Positions 39,164 through 53,455 of a DNA stretch of 64,000 bases are shown one piece after another. How positions within the stretch are numbered: the first letter of the stretch is position 1; the number at the start of each line of letters is the position of its first letter. A model generated the notes under the pieces. That model was given only the letters and a program-made list of their open reading frames with translations. It was not told the origin of the DNA and searched no databases. Source of the stretch: the human T2T-CHM13v2.0 reference genome, Homo sapiens; assembly GCF_009914755.1 (NCBI RefSeq), contig NC_060934.1; one strand, written 5' to 3'. The position numbers were made by a program, and so were the translations under genes.

Positions 39164-39470
39164 TTTTATTTTATTTTATGATTTTTTGAGACAAGGTTTC
39201 ACTCTTGTCGTCCATGCTGGAGTGCAGTAGCGCGATCTTGGCTCACTGCAACCTCTGCTTCCTGGACTCAAGTGATTCTCTTGCCTCAGCCTCTCGAGTA
39301 GCTAGGACTACAGCCATATGCCATCCTACCCGGCTAATTTTTGTATTTTTTCTGGAGGCAGGGTTTCATTGTGTTGTCCAGGCTGGTCTCAAACTCCTGA
39401 GTTGAAGTGATTCACCTGCCTTGGCCTCCCAAAGTGCTGGGATTCCAGGTGTGAGCAAGAGCACCTGGCC
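39164..39470 (-). mobile_element. Alu (old), inside a short L1 3' remnant
   Basis: Antisense dimer. The flanks aaaatacacataacataaaattcacc and ttttaaagtgca are L1M 3'-end-like. Confidence 0.92.
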
Positions 39471-39832
39471 CCTACCTAATAGTTTTAAAGTGCAATGTTG
39501 AGAAAATCGTCACCACTATCCATCAGAGAGTATTTTTGGTGTCATGCCTTTATGAAAAAAATTTTTGTGTCTCTGTTTGGCTGTAATGAAAATCTCTTTG
39601 ATTTTATTGTTTAACCTTGGGGAAGCTAGTGTTTTACCTGTGGAAGTCCTGGTTTCCTCATCCATTAAATAGGATAATACTGCCTCATAGTGTTGCTGTG
39701 AAGGCTAAGTTAGATAATGCATTTCACCTGCTTAGAACAACGTCTACACTTAGAAAGGGCTTATTAAATGCTCAGCCTTTGCTCTCAGAGGTATTTTATC
39801 AGGCACATTTACTGATTAGAAAACGTTTTACA

Positions 39833-40127
<295 letters not shown>

Positions 40128-40266
40128 AGAAAACGTTTTACAGATATTCATATACTGATAGACGGAAACCAAATAAAAGTAACCTACTTGTATATTTCCT
40201 TAGCAGTTAAGATTTGAGATATTTTCCTTTCCTGAGCTTATTTGTGCGTGTTTGCATTGTGAATAG

Positions 40267-40401
40267 GAAGTTGACAAAAGTGTTGAAGAACTACGTGGAC
40301 GGTGCTGAGAAGCCGGGAGTAAATGAGCAGCTGTACAAAGCCATGAAAGCGCTAGAATCCATCTTCAAGTTCATCGTGCGCTCCAGGATCCTGTTCAATC
40401 A
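40267..40401 (+). CDS. DOCK1: DOCK1 exon J (135 nt, phase 2-2)
   Basis: Acceptor tgtgaatag|, donor TCA|gtgcgt. Encodes (T)KLTKVLKNYVDGAEKPGVNEQLYKAMKALESIFKFIVRSRILFN(Q). By my recalled numbering the Tyr codon at 40292-40294 is the Src-family phosphosite Y722. Confidence 0.95.
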
Positions 40402-40729
40402 GTGCGTACCTATCCCCTCCATGCCCGGGCTCTCAGAGGACTGGCAGGAGATCCTTCACTTCTTTCCTTCCCCTTCTCTCGTCCCCTTATTCTTTCCTTT
40501 CTTCTTCCCCCTTTTTCCCCCTTGCTTTCTAGGCTGAGAGAGCACTGTTGATCCTGGGGTGAGCTGCCCACTCTTTCCTTACCCGCCTGGGTCCCTGCCG
40601 GTGCTGAGGCGGGAGCCCTGTTCCTGGTCTGAGATGTGTGCCTGTGAGTCGAGCCTTGGCTCCTGAAAGCATTGGCGATGACGCAGGTGCAATCCTGGGC
40701 GTCTACTGAGGGCTCAGAAGCCCTTTTCA

Positions 40730-41040
<311 letters not shown>

Positions 41041-41194
41041 TCATTTCGGGAGAACTCTTCCTACATAGGGTATTTCCGTGAGGAAGGATACTCAGGTGCT
41101 TTAGCCTAGTGACAGTTTTCACACGCTGTGTGGATGAACTTATGAATGATTTTTGAGCTTTAAAGTAAATCGAAGGGTTAAAGGGGAACAAAAA

Positions 41195-41283
41195 ATGTAT
41201 TTATTACCATTGAACTGTATACTTAAAATGGTAAAGATGGTGAATTATATATATGTATATTTTGCCTCAATAAAATACATAAA
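41195..41283 (+). mobile_element. L1M extreme 3' remnant
   Basis: accattgaactgtatacttaaaatggtaaagatggtgaatt...cctcaataaaa. Confidence 0.75.
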
Positions 41284-42679
41284 TTGGGATATTTATGGCT
41301 TATTTTATAGAGAGCCTTAATATTGTATAGATACAGATGCAGGTTAAGAGCTGCGCTAAAATGAGGACTTTCTAAGTTGGCCCACGCCTCTTCACTGTAT
41401 GATTCAAAAGATGTGAAAAGTAAGTGTGTTGAGGGTGGGGTGTGGAATTTCACTCCCTCTGCTTGGTTTTTTGGGGGATGGCTATTTTGTGGGTGACCTG
41501 CCATGAGTGATGTCAATGGATGTTGGTGGTTCTACGTTGTTATTGTTCTTGTTGTGAGTTCCACACACAGATGGGATTCATGAACCTGTGTCCCTCTGAA
41601 TTAGCGAATACATTTGCCTTTGAAAAGCATGGTGCCCTTGTAACCTATTAGCGAGAATAAGGAATTGAAAGTGTGGGCCCACATCGGTGCCTTCCCGTTT
41701 CCTCCTCACTGTGTTTTCGTTTGTCTGAAGCAGTCGTGTCCAGAAGAAGGACTCAGGAGAAGGGGGAAGAATTCAAAATCTAACCATGTGTCTACCATGA
41801 TAGTAATAAGGACAAAGCAACAAGTTATTGACTGTGTGTTGACCTATCAGAGTCATAAACAGGGTGGTAACCACTAGTGATGTGTTACTGGTCAGGGACT
41901 GGAGTGTGCTTCTGTTCACTCTGGCGTGTCCATGGTCAAAACCACAGTCCTCGTGCTGCCATTTTTGCATACAAATATGGCATGTTTGAGGGCATCATGG
42001 TTTTGTCCTTGACTTAGATATTACACTCTTTTATTTTGCTTATTATGGATATGCATGACCTTTGGTGTGGATTGAAGTTTTCCCTCAAGGATCTAAGTTG
42101 TGATTTATTTTCTCTTTGTTAGGGTGAAACACAGCATGGTAAGCTAGGTTATGTTTTCTTGTATTTTAATTCTATTTCAGTAAAGTTAATTCTATGAAAA
42201 TGAACTTCCTGGCCCCCCCTGCCTTGCTGTTATATTTTCCTCACTGATTTTAAATCTCTGATTATGCTAAACCCAAGTCAGTACTAGGGTGGGAGGATGA
42301 ACTTGAAAGATGTTACAGATTTTTGTCATGTTTTATTTGAAAAATGTTAATTTTGTGCAGTTTGTGATCAATATGACATTGACTCAGGCATTTGATGATC
42401 TGCATATTCTCACCCGATAACACTGGACTTTCCCTTTCATTCAGAGGTTTGTACTTAAAACGATCGTGCATTGATAATGGTGTTTCTGCTATAGTAGTAA
42501 ATGCTATAGTCTTTTATACAATAATGCTGCTTTAGAAAAGATTGAGTTACCCAGGTTGACCAGTAGCAAATTATTTCTCTGCCTCGTTCTTTAATCTCTT
42601 TCAATTTCAAAATACAAATGGCACAAAATCTTAGATTCATGGTCCATAATTTTTTTTTTCGTTTGATCAGTCTAATAGT

Positions 42680-43100
42680 GCTTAGGAATATGATTGGCTG
42701 CATGTAATAGAAAAACACCATTTATGTGACTTAACCATATGGGGTTCACTTTTTTTTTTTAGTCACATAATGTGCAGCCCGGAGGAAGAGTTCCGAGTTC
42801 ATGCACCTGCGTGAGGACTCAGCGTCCTGATGTCCTTGGCTCCTTTGATCTCTCTGCTCCACCATCCTTAGTGGGGTCTCTTTATCTCCTAATCCTAAGA
42901 TGGCTTCTGCCCCTCCCAGCATCAGCTCTGCATTCCAGGTGGAGGAGAGGGGAAGGCAAAGGAGAAACAGCTGTGCCAGCTATTCTTCTTTGAAAGAGCT
43001 TTCCTCATCCCTAGAAAGTGTCATGTGCTTTCATCTTATTGGCCAGAACCATGTCACATGACCACCCTACCTGCAAGGAAGCTGGAAAGGATTTTTAGAT
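42680..43100. mobile_element. Ancient ERVL/MaLR LTR remnant (LTR33/MLT1-like)
   Basis: ttattggccagaaccatgtcacatgaccaccctacctgcaaggaagctggaaa. Confidence 0.55.
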
Positions 43101-43759
43101 GGGCTGGTTGATGCTTTCTACAATACCAGAGTGATTTTAGTAAAGGAGTTAGGGAGAAATAGATAATGGATGGGCAGTTAACATTCTCTTCCTCATACCT
43201 TCAACCCAGATGGTCTGTTCCCTGAGAGCTTCCCTAACTCATTCTGGGTTACTAAATCCTACTTAACTAGGTTTTGCAGAGCCTTTCTTCTCCATTAGTT
43301 TGGGAGTCAATCTCTGAGACTTCTGTCACCAGTATCTCTTTGGCTTTAAGTATCTCTTTAGGCCCTAAGTGATCCACTGGCATGGTTTAGTCCTACCAGG
43401 CTACATAGAAATGGACTGAAGTACTCAGCTGCTCCTCGTGTTTGGGACAGGAAGTGTTTAGTGCTAAAGTCCTCTGAATGCCTGCATTCTGGTGCTCAAC
43501 AGCATGGCACAGAACATGATCGCTCTACCTGCCTTTGTCCTGGTATGGACCCAGCAGGAGCCAGGCATGGTCCACAAACTGAGTTTCTTTGCTGGTATAA
43601 CTTGTTTGTTAGAAGAGTTGAGACTGTTGAGGACACAAAGTGGTCACAAGACAAGTTGTAGCAATTGTTACAACTTAGTGAGGCTCCCTAAGCCTCTGAG
43701 GCCATTGTCTGGGCATTCCTGACTTTAGCTAACCGAGTACTGCAGTGATTCTGGAGATC

Positions 43760-44078
43760 CTGATGCTGCTGCTGCTGCTCCTGATCATGATGATGATGAT
43801 GATGATTTGAGACAGGACCTCCCTCTGTCACTCAGGATGGAGTACTGTGATGCAGTCATAGGTCACTGCAGCCTCAAACCCCTGGGCTCAAGCCATCCTC
43901 CTGCCTTAGTCTCCCAAGTAACTAGGACTACAGGCAGGTGCCAGCATGCCTGGCTAATTTTTTGTAGGACATGGTCTCGCTATGTTGCCCAGGCTGGTCT
44001 CAAACTCCTGGCCTGAAGCCATCCTCCTGCTGTGGCCTCCCAAAGTGCCAGGATTCCAGGCATGAGCCCCTGTACCCC
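43760..44078 (-). mobile_element. AluJ with (GCT)n(GAT)n trinucleotide tail
   Basis: Antisense Alu from 43807. Flanks tgattctgg(a/g)gat at 43746 and 44081 act as a TSD. Confidence 0.9.
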
Positions 44079-44107
44079 ACTGATTCTGGGGATGTTGATA
44101 CTCATGT

Positions 44108-44229
44108 TCCTTCTCTCCCTCCCTCTTTTCCTCCCTTCTTCCCTAGCTTCTTCCTTCTCTCCTCGCTTCGTTCTTTCCTCTCTCCTTCCCTCCTTTTTTC
44201 TCTCTTTTGTCCCTTCCTTCCTTCCTTCC
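44108..44229 (+). repeat. CT-rich polypyrimidine low-complexity tract
   Basis: ttccttctctccctccctcttttc...ccttccttccttcc. Confidence 0.88.
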
Positions 44230-45809
44230 ATGAATACTTAATGAGTGTATGAGCCCCAAGTGTATCCCAGACTTTCACAGTTTGACTTTATTATTTTTTC
44301 TCTGAACGTTTCCTGAATGTGGATCCTGGCTGCCTACCCTCATTCCTGAGGGGAGAGAAGGACATAACGTTCTTTGAGATGTAGAGCACCTAGCCGCATT
44401 GTGCAGAGACAACAAATACTTCAATTTAAATCTGTGTTCTAAAATGGCTGAGAAGATATTTCATAGATTTTATGAGAGGAAAAAACCCATGCCCTTAGAA
44501 TATTGGACGGTAGGGCAGAAGTCTTCTAGTAATCCCTCCCCTTCTGTCCTCCCCATCCCACCCCTGCTCCCCATCATCCCACCACAGCATGTCAGTTGTT
44601 ACTTCATCTGTGCTATCACAGGTCTGAAATGTAGCTGAAATCGTTTTCCTAGCTTGTATAGGCTACTTAAAGGAAAAAGAGCCCCACGTCCCACACAGAT
44701 ATCTAGGATGTTTGATCCGTGACAAGCTCCAAATGAGTCTCCTGTGTGGTGCTGTCAGAGGTGGGGAAGAAAACAAACTAGGACTCTCATCTTCTTACCT
44801 GCAGCATGTTTATTACCTTGAGAGAAAAACAATTGTGCTCACAGCTGGAATTCATGAGTGTGTTTTCCTTTTTGCAGCTGGGATAAACTTTTGAGATCTT
44901 ATTTTTCTTTGGCTTTCAGAATGGTCTATTGTGTTTTCCTATAGTGCAATAGCTTTGTTAAATTCCAGTATAATTGACAGTAATTATTCTTCCAAAGAAC
45001 AAAGAGGTGAAACTTTGAAGATGAAGATATTGAAGCTTATGTTGTTAACTTACTATCTTTCTTGCTATGCAGTCTCATATTTTTTGTTTTGTTTAGAAAG
45101 CTCATTTTGTTTTGAAATGAGAACAACAGTTTAAAAGCTATGGCCCAAAGACATTTGGTTCCTGGGGAACCCACTGAAAGATTCCTGACAGCCGGGGGCA
45201 CTTCTCTACTGGTTTTTGTTTGTCTGTGTTTTCTGTGTGGGTGGATCACATTAACTAGAAAGCCAGAAAACAGATATTCTGCATCAGAATCAAATTACTA
45301 AATCTAGTTATTGCCTGCCTTCTCTTCTGGGTTTCTTGTGCTTTGTAGAGTTTTTGCCTGTCATCTGGTGTTAGCTTTGTAAATAATTAGTTATTGATCA
45401 TGAATAAGTTGTACAGACCTTTTTGCTATCATTCCCTGGGTCACAAAATAGAATGTAGTTAATAGACAAAGATCCTGTCATTCCTTGTTAATGAACACTT
45501 ATTTAAGTAGAGCAAGGAATGAGCAGGTCTTATTCATCTGTTTATTTATCGATAAGTTTCTGAGTTGTTTTTTCTCAGTTTTTTATCCACTTCAGGGTGG
45601 ATCAAAAAAGTGGTTCTCCCTGGTTTATCTGGGAAAATGAAAAGGGAAGATTCTAGAGACTTTAACAGTGATCTTTTGTTACAGAAAGATGCTTCAAAAG
45701 GATCACGGCAAAATGCTATGTTCTAAACATGTTGGTTGGCACAAGAGAAACTGTTTTACATTTTTACTCATGAGAGGTTCTGGTAGAATTTAAAAAATAT
45801 TAAAGATTC

Positions 45810-47500
45810 ATTAATCATGCCTTATAGATTTTGAAGCTGTGTTATTGGGGGCATACAGATTTATAATCATGATGTCTTTCCTGTTGGTCTATTCCTTAAT
45901 CAATATGAAAAGTTTCTCTTAATCTTTTGGCTAGTATTTGCATGGAATACCTATTTCCATCCTTTCATTTTCATGCTTTCTGTGTCTTTATACTTAAGGT
46001 GTGCCTCTTATAATACAACATATAGTTGTATTTTTCTTTCATCCAGTCTGACAAGCTTCTTAATTGAGCATTTCATCCATTTATATATAGTGTAATTAAG
46101 TAATGTTAGATTTATATATTATTTTTGCATTAATTTTCCCTTCCCCATCTGTATTATTTTCCCCTTTTCCTCCTTTTTTGCCTTCTTTTATACCAGTTAC
46201 ACTTTTTTTAAGCATCTCATTTTCTGATTTTTAAACATATTATTTGAATATTCTTTTACTATTATTTTTAACAATTATTCTAGAGATGGTAACATCCATG
46301 TTGGACTTATTTTAGAGTATTTCAAATGATTACTCTTACCAATCCACTGATAATGCTAGATATGGCCAGAAAAATAGCACGCTGGAATTGCCATTTTCTT
46401 CTCCTCTGTTTTATATTATTATTGTATTTCAATTCTATGTTTTATATTCCATAAGACATTACTGTTATTTTATACAGTTAGTATTCATTTGATGTGTTTT
46501 ATGTTTGTAATTGTTTTTCATCCTTCAATTTCACTTTTCCTTTGGGATCATTTTCTTTCTGTCCAAAGAACTCACTTGTATTATTTCTTTTAGTGTTGGC
46601 CAGTTATGGGACTCTGTTTGTATGAAAATGATTTATTTCATCTTTGTGTTTGAAAGATATTTTCACTCACTATAGCATTCTAGGTTGGAAGTTATTTTCT
46701 TCTTCCATGTATTCTATTCTATTTTGATTTCCTTCATTTATAGTAAGTCATTAGCTTTCAGACTTACTGTTACATCTTTGAATTTAAGTGGTATTATTTT
46801 CTTTCTTGCTGCTTTTAGTTTGTCTCCTTTTCTGTGGTTATTGACAATCTTACTATGGGTTGCATAGGATTGTTTTTGCTTTTTATTTATCCTGCATTGA
46901 ATTTCTGAATTTTTTGATTGATATCTTTGATCAGTTTTGGAAGATTTGTGGCCATTGTCTGTTCTAATGTTACTTTTGTCTCATTATCTTCCTCCTTTTC
47001 TCCTGGCACTTCAATTACATGTATGTTAGATCTCCTCAATATGCCTGCACATTCCTAGCCCTCTTCTGTATTCTCTTCCTCAGTACTTCTGTTTAGTTAT
47101 TTTCTGTGGATTGTCTTCCATTTTACTAATTATGCCTCTTGCTGTGTCTACTCTCTATTTTGTTAATCCATCTAATAAATTTTTAATTTTAGAGAGTATA
47201 TTTTGTAGTTTTAGAATTTCCAGTTGATTTTTTCATAGATTCATTTCTCTACTGAAATTTTTCTCTTACCTTCTATTTGTCATTTTTTTATCTTATTTTC
47301 CCTGTTCTCAAATATGATTATAGTTGTTTTGATGTTCTAGGAAATTGTAATATCTAGATTATCTGTGGGGCTGTTTCTGCTCTCTTTTTCCTCTTTCACT
47401 TGGACTGTGGTCTGGTTTTCTGCTGAGTTTAATAATTTTTGTTTGAAGTCAAGACTGTTTGTATGTAAAACTGTAGAAGCTTCAGATGATGTGATCTTCT
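45810..47500 (-). mobile_element. Old L1M(E)-type fragment
   Basis: T-rich antisense L1 motifs: gaagctgtgttattgggggcatacagattt, tttgaaagatattttcact, tcagttttggaagatttgtggccatt. Confidence 0.75.
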
Positions 47501-48534
47501 TCCAGAGATAATTCATCCTGCCTTCTTCTAGACAAAGTGGGGCTGACCATCTTATTTTAATCAGAGACTGTGCTCAGTTTCGAGGCTACACTGGACCTTT
47601 AGTATGCCTCAGTCTCCATTTACTGTGCCTCTGGCTTTCTAGGATTTTCATCTGAGAGTCGGCTCTGTTACCTGGGGACTCTCTCCCTGGCGTTTTCCAA
47701 ACTCGAGTCATTTTCTCTGATGATTGGTGCAAATTCCACTTTGCTTTATAGAGGTTTTCGTTTTGGTTTTTAGTCTTCTATCCCATACAGGTCTAGGAAT
47801 TACAGATGTCCTGAGGGGAAAAATGATTGCAGCTTGATGGCTCCCCAAGGGTTGCACCAGTCTACCAGGTGTTCTTCATGTCACTTGCAAGCAGAAGTTC
47901 ATGATTCCATCATTTTAATTGTTTGGTACATCATTTAAGCAAACCCCATTTGAAAACCCTTATTTACAAAACAGATCCACTAGGTTGCAATTTCCCATTT
48001 TACACAGAATTTGTTGCTTTACAGTGGAATTCATTTAAATATCAGACTACCTCTAGGGTAATTAATTATCACTTAGTTTACAAAATTTTCCATTGTACAC
48101 AAGTTTTCAGGTATCGTATATTTTTAATTAGGCAGCAAACTAGTATTAGTAAACACTGTATTACTAAAACATCTGAGTCACAATATTTTAAAATGCAAAT
48201 GTGTTGCTTTTTAGTAACACAGCAACTTGAAGTAACTGCTAATAAATAATTTACAAACGAGACTTATTTTCAATTAGTAACATATATTAGCATACATGTA
48301 ACCAATGCACAACTTCCTTATTACCTATTTATTGAATATGTCCCACCTCTTGAATACTTTTCAGTTACCACTGATGTTGAAATGAATGCGTTTGTAAAGC
48401 ACCATTACTCTGGAATAAAAAAGCAACTCTTGTGATATCATTTTAAAGGATTAGAAGATCATGGTAAATTTAGGCAATGGAGTGTGTTGTTGATTTTCAA
48501 TTTGTGACATAATGGGTTTAAAAACATTGGTAGT

Positions 48535-48840
48535 GGCCGCCTGGCGGCTCACGCCTGTAATCCCAGCACTTTGGGAGGCCGAGGCAAGTGGATCACCTTA
48601 GGTCAGGAGTTCAAGACCAGCCTGGCCAACATGGTGTAACTTCTTCCCTACTAAAATATAAAAATTAGCTGGGCATGGTGGTGGCCACCTGTAATCCCAC
48701 CTACTTGGGAGGTTGAGGCAGGATAATTGCTTGAACCCAGGAAGCGGTGGTTGCAGTGAGCCGAGATCATGCCATTGCACTCCAGCCTGGGTGACAAGAG
48801 CAAGACTCCATTACAAAAATAAATAAATAAAATAAAAATA
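48535..48840 (+). mobile_element. AluS, full length
   Basis: TSD aaaaaca(t/c)tggtag. Confidence 0.94.
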
Positions 48841-49253
48841 AAAACACTGGTAGAAAACACAACTGCATCTTAATAGTGTAATTTTTGTGGGGTAGAAATA
48901 AAGCTGAATTTCCCCATCCTCTTTCCCTCCTTCTCTTCCTCGGCCCTTTCCACCCTCCCTTTCTGTATATTTTCTGTGTTTTTCAGATTTATAAGATGTA
49001 GTATGTTACAATGAAAAATGCAGTGAGTGGTAGCATTAAGGGTCAGCCTCTGTATGTGGAGGCACGCTGCCTTGGCTGAGTGGTCTGCATGAGTCTCACT
49101 GCCAAGTTACCTTCCTTGCTTCATAGATGTTGAGGATGTGGTCTCTCATTCTAACTTGTCACCCAAGTGATTCCCTTCATGGCTATAGACATGGATTCAA
49201 AAAATGTTGAGGTGTTTCTGCCAGGCCCCCACAGTTTGTGTGTTTCTTTGCAG

Positions 49254-49362
49254 ACTGTATGAAAACAAGGGAGAGGCTGACTTCGTGGAATCTTTGCTGC
49301 AGCTCTTCAGGTCCATCAATGACATGATGAGCAGCATGTCAGACCAGACCGTCCGGGTGAAG
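49254..49362 (+). CDS. DOCK1: DOCK1 exon K (109 nt, phase 2-0)
   Basis: Acceptor tttctttgcag|, donor AAG|gtgagt. Encodes (Q)LYENKGEADFVESLLQLFRSINDMMSSMSDQTVRVK. I found no further DOCK1 exon in the remaining ~14.6 kb. Confidence 0.96.
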
Positions 49363-49454
49363 GTGAGTGCCGGCCACTGCCAAGGCAGACTTCTCCTTCT
49401 TTTTTTCTTTCATTATCTCTTTTGGAGGTAGGTATTTTGATTACAGTTAATTAA

Positions 49455-50100
<646 letters not shown>

Positions 50101-51779
50101 AAAGTGGACTTGTAGATGAAGGGCTTCCTGTGGCTGAGCTAAGGGGCTGTGGGCCCTGCCAAGCCTGAACTCGAGGGAAAGGCCCCGGAGCCTCTTTTGT
50201 AGTGAACATAATCATGCTCCATGTGTAGTGAAATCCCTTCTTCCTCCTCCCTAGGTGCTCTTAAATATTTTCATTGCTTCTCTCTTTGCTGTTTGGCAAG
50301 ACAGATTCTGAATTCACTTTATTTAAATTTGGGGGAATTGATGAGAATCATGTTTTACACCTAATTTCTCAGGGTGTCCATGCCCTGGAAAGGGTGGTGA
50401 ACCTTCATGCTTCAGTGGATCTTTGCCTGTGCAGAAGAGCGAGCCTTCCAGTGCCCCTGTCCTTCTGTCCTTCTTCCCTCTTTTGATGACCTGGTCTCAC
50501 CCTGTTGTCCTTTGGAAGAAAGATCCCTTCCACTCACATGAGGCCTGAGTGTTCTTTAGGATGCTCACTGGTGTGGAAGTGCCTGGGAGGCCCATGGAGC
50601 AGCCGCAGGACCCCCACACTCTTGGTTATCCTAGTTATGGCGGTTTTCACTGGGCTGACTTATTGCAGAAGGAGCTGTACAACTTGCAATTTGCTGCCTG
50701 CACTAATTCCTTCAAAGAACAAGAATCTTCCAAATGATTAGCTTACATCTTTCACTCGACTGATCATGGTAGACGCCTCTGTTCTTCCTCTTTTAATGTT
50801 TGTTTAACGTATAATTTTAGAAGGCATTCTTATGGCTAGTGTCTTAAAAATATTTTGGTCAAGTCGCTTCCCAGCCTTAAAGCTTTGCCATATGCCCTGG
50901 AACAAAGATGTATGTGTGCTGAGACGTGGCTGATGGTTGCTGTGACCAAGGAAACCAGCATAAGTAGACATGAATCAAGTCGGAGCCTACCTTTCATCTC
51001 AGAGGTGGTGCAGCTGTTTGGTGGAGCCATTTGGACTCTTCACTACGATTTCTTGATTTTTTTTTTACATGATTTACTATAAAAATTGGTGATTTATACA
51101 GAAAGAAATGTAGGTGGTGCATACATTAAAATTTTAGGTTATTTGGGCAACTTGATATTGCCCAAAGCTGTCTTATTGTCCCAAGGTTAAAATTAGCAAT
51201 GTGTTTGGTACATTTACTACTGAATTCAGTGGCATTTTAGAAAAACAGACGTGTGTAGTGTAAGAATAGATAAAAATTACAGGAAGTTTTGAGCCCAGCA
51301 GTAATTTTAGATTGCTAAATATATCCTTACATTATTAAATTTGATTGGGCTTGATTTGTGTCTGCCTCCCTCCCTTGAAGTCAGATTACTTAGTGACTAG
51401 GGACCGGGAAGACCGTGCTTCAGTGGGTGTTTTATTATAAGACACAAGTGAATTGAGTGACGTGTGTGCATTGATGCAAACCTTACATCTGCAAGACAGA
51501 CGCACGGCGTTTTATTAGGCATGTCACCTCCCTTCTGGTAATTGGTATCGTATTATTTCACAATAGGTGCTTTCTCGATGACGTTGGAAATTTAAAGATT
51601 CCCATCGTGGGAGCCTGACTTTTGTGTTGTTTTAACTCTTTCAGTTTTGCTGTGTCTAAATGGAAGGAAATACCTTGTGAACCATCTTCCATAGACAAAG
51701 TATATTTTCAGACTGTGACATTTAAAGGTTAAACATTGTTTCCCCAAGTGTGGCCCTCGTTGGTACCAAACGGTTGGTA

Positions 51780-51881
51780 CCTTCCCGGTTCAAGTGATTC
51801 TCCTGCCTCATCCTCCCAGTAGTTGGGATTACAGGCACCCGCCAGCATGCCTGGCTAATTTTTTTGAATTTTTAGCAGAGA
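51780..51881 (-). mobile_element. Internal Alu fragment, a local copy of 52681-52782
   Basis: 102-bp ungapped match with 6 mismatches by hand. No Alu ends and no tail. Confidence 0.9.
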
Positions 51882-52314
51882 AAGGCTCCATCCCCTTCTT
51901 GGTACCAAACCTGCCACTGGCATCAACTTTGCGGATTAGAGTCAGCCACGGGGTTTTACGCCTCATTGAAGAGGGAGGGCAGGAGGAACTTCAGAAGTCA
52001 TTTATTGCAGGATAAGCATGGTCTCCAGCTAGAATTTTCAACAGGACTGTTTTCATTGATTTAGTGACAAAATTTTTCCAAGGTCATTTAAGTGAGAAAA
52101 CACAAATGGAGGACGCGTGGGCCAGTTTTTATGTTAAGTCAAATGTCCAGGAAACTCCACTGAGTGTGTGGATGCTGCCTGCCTTCACTCCCCTTCCCAG
52201 CGGCCGTCTCCCGTCACCCCCGCTCCCCAGGCGCCCGCCGTGCCCAGATGTTTCAGTACCGCCTCACCGTCCCTCAGTGAATGGCCCTCAGCCCTGGGGC
52301 TGCAGCCAAATACT

Positions 52315-53215
52315 TTTTGAAAACATACTGCCGTGGCCAAATAACATGAAATTCCCCATTTCTAAGTGTCCCGTTCAGTGGCATTAAGTACAGTCACACT
52401 GTTGTGCAACCATCATCACCATCCCTCTTTAGAACTTTTACGTCTTTCCAAACTGAATGGAACTCCAGCCCCATCAAACACCAACTCCCTGCAGCCCCTG
52501 GCAGCCACCGGTCCACTTTCTGGGTCTAAGAATTTAATGGCTCTGGGAACCTCATGGAAGTGGACTCATACCACATTTGTCCTTTTGTGTCTGGCTTTTT
52601 TTCTTTTTTTTGAGACGGAGACTCGCTCAGTCTCCCATGCTGGAGGGCAGTGGCACAGTCTCGGCTCACAGCAACCTCTGCCTTCCCGGTTCAAGTGATT
52701 CTCCTGCCTCATCCTCCCAGCAGCTGGGATTACAGGCACCTGCCACCATGCCCGGCTAATTTTTTTGAATTTTTAGTAGAGACGGGGTTTCACCATGTTA
52801 GCCAGGCTGGTCTCGAACACCTGACCTCAAATAATTCACCCGCCTCGGCCTCCCAAAGTGCTGGGATTACAGGCATGAGCCACTGTGCCCGGCCGTGTTT
52901 GGCTTCTTTTATATGGCATAATGTCTGCAAGGTTCTACCAGGTGGTGGCATGTGTCAGAATCTTCTTCCTTTTTAAGGTTGTCATGTTGCTGTGTGTCTC
53001 GTGCACATTTTGCCTCCGCACCTGTCCCTGGATAGAGGCTCGGCCTGTTCCCACCTCATGGTGGTTGTGGTTCATGCTGCTGGGAACTGGGGTGTACAGG
53101 TGCCTCTTGAAGACCCTGCTGCCAGTGCTCCAGAAGTGGAATTGCTGTTTCTCGTGGTAATTATGCTTGAATTTTTTGAAGAATCATCCTGTTTTTCCCA
53201 GCACCCCACCATGCT
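52315..53215 (-). mobile_element. L1MB-like 3' region, interrupted by an Alu
   Basis: ttcagtggcattaagtacagtcacactgttgtgcaaccatc...atgtgtcagaatcttcttcctttttaagg. Confidence 0.85.
52597..52894 (-). mobile_element. AluS nested in L1MB
   Basis: Antisense dimer; TSD gtgt(c/t)tggctt. Confidence 0.94.
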
Positions 53216-53363
53216 ACCGAAACCTCACTTGAAATTCCATATTGACTTTCCCTCAGCAGCCCTTTCCGCAGCTCCTCCAGCTCCAGGCGTATCCTCTGCC
53301 GCACATCACCTACCTTGAGTGAATGATGCGGCTCCGACTGCTGCATTGAAAAGGCCTGGGGTC

Positions 53364-53455
53364 AGAGGCGGAGGTTGCAGTGAGCCGAGATCGCGCCATT
53401 GCACTCCAGCCTGGGCAACAAGAGCAAAACTCCATCTCGAAAAAAAATGATAAAA
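53364..53455 (+). mobile_element. 5'-truncated Alu (3' ~90 bp) with TSD
   Basis: TSD gaaaag(g/a)cctggggtc at 53348-53363 and 53456-53471. Confidence 0.92.
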
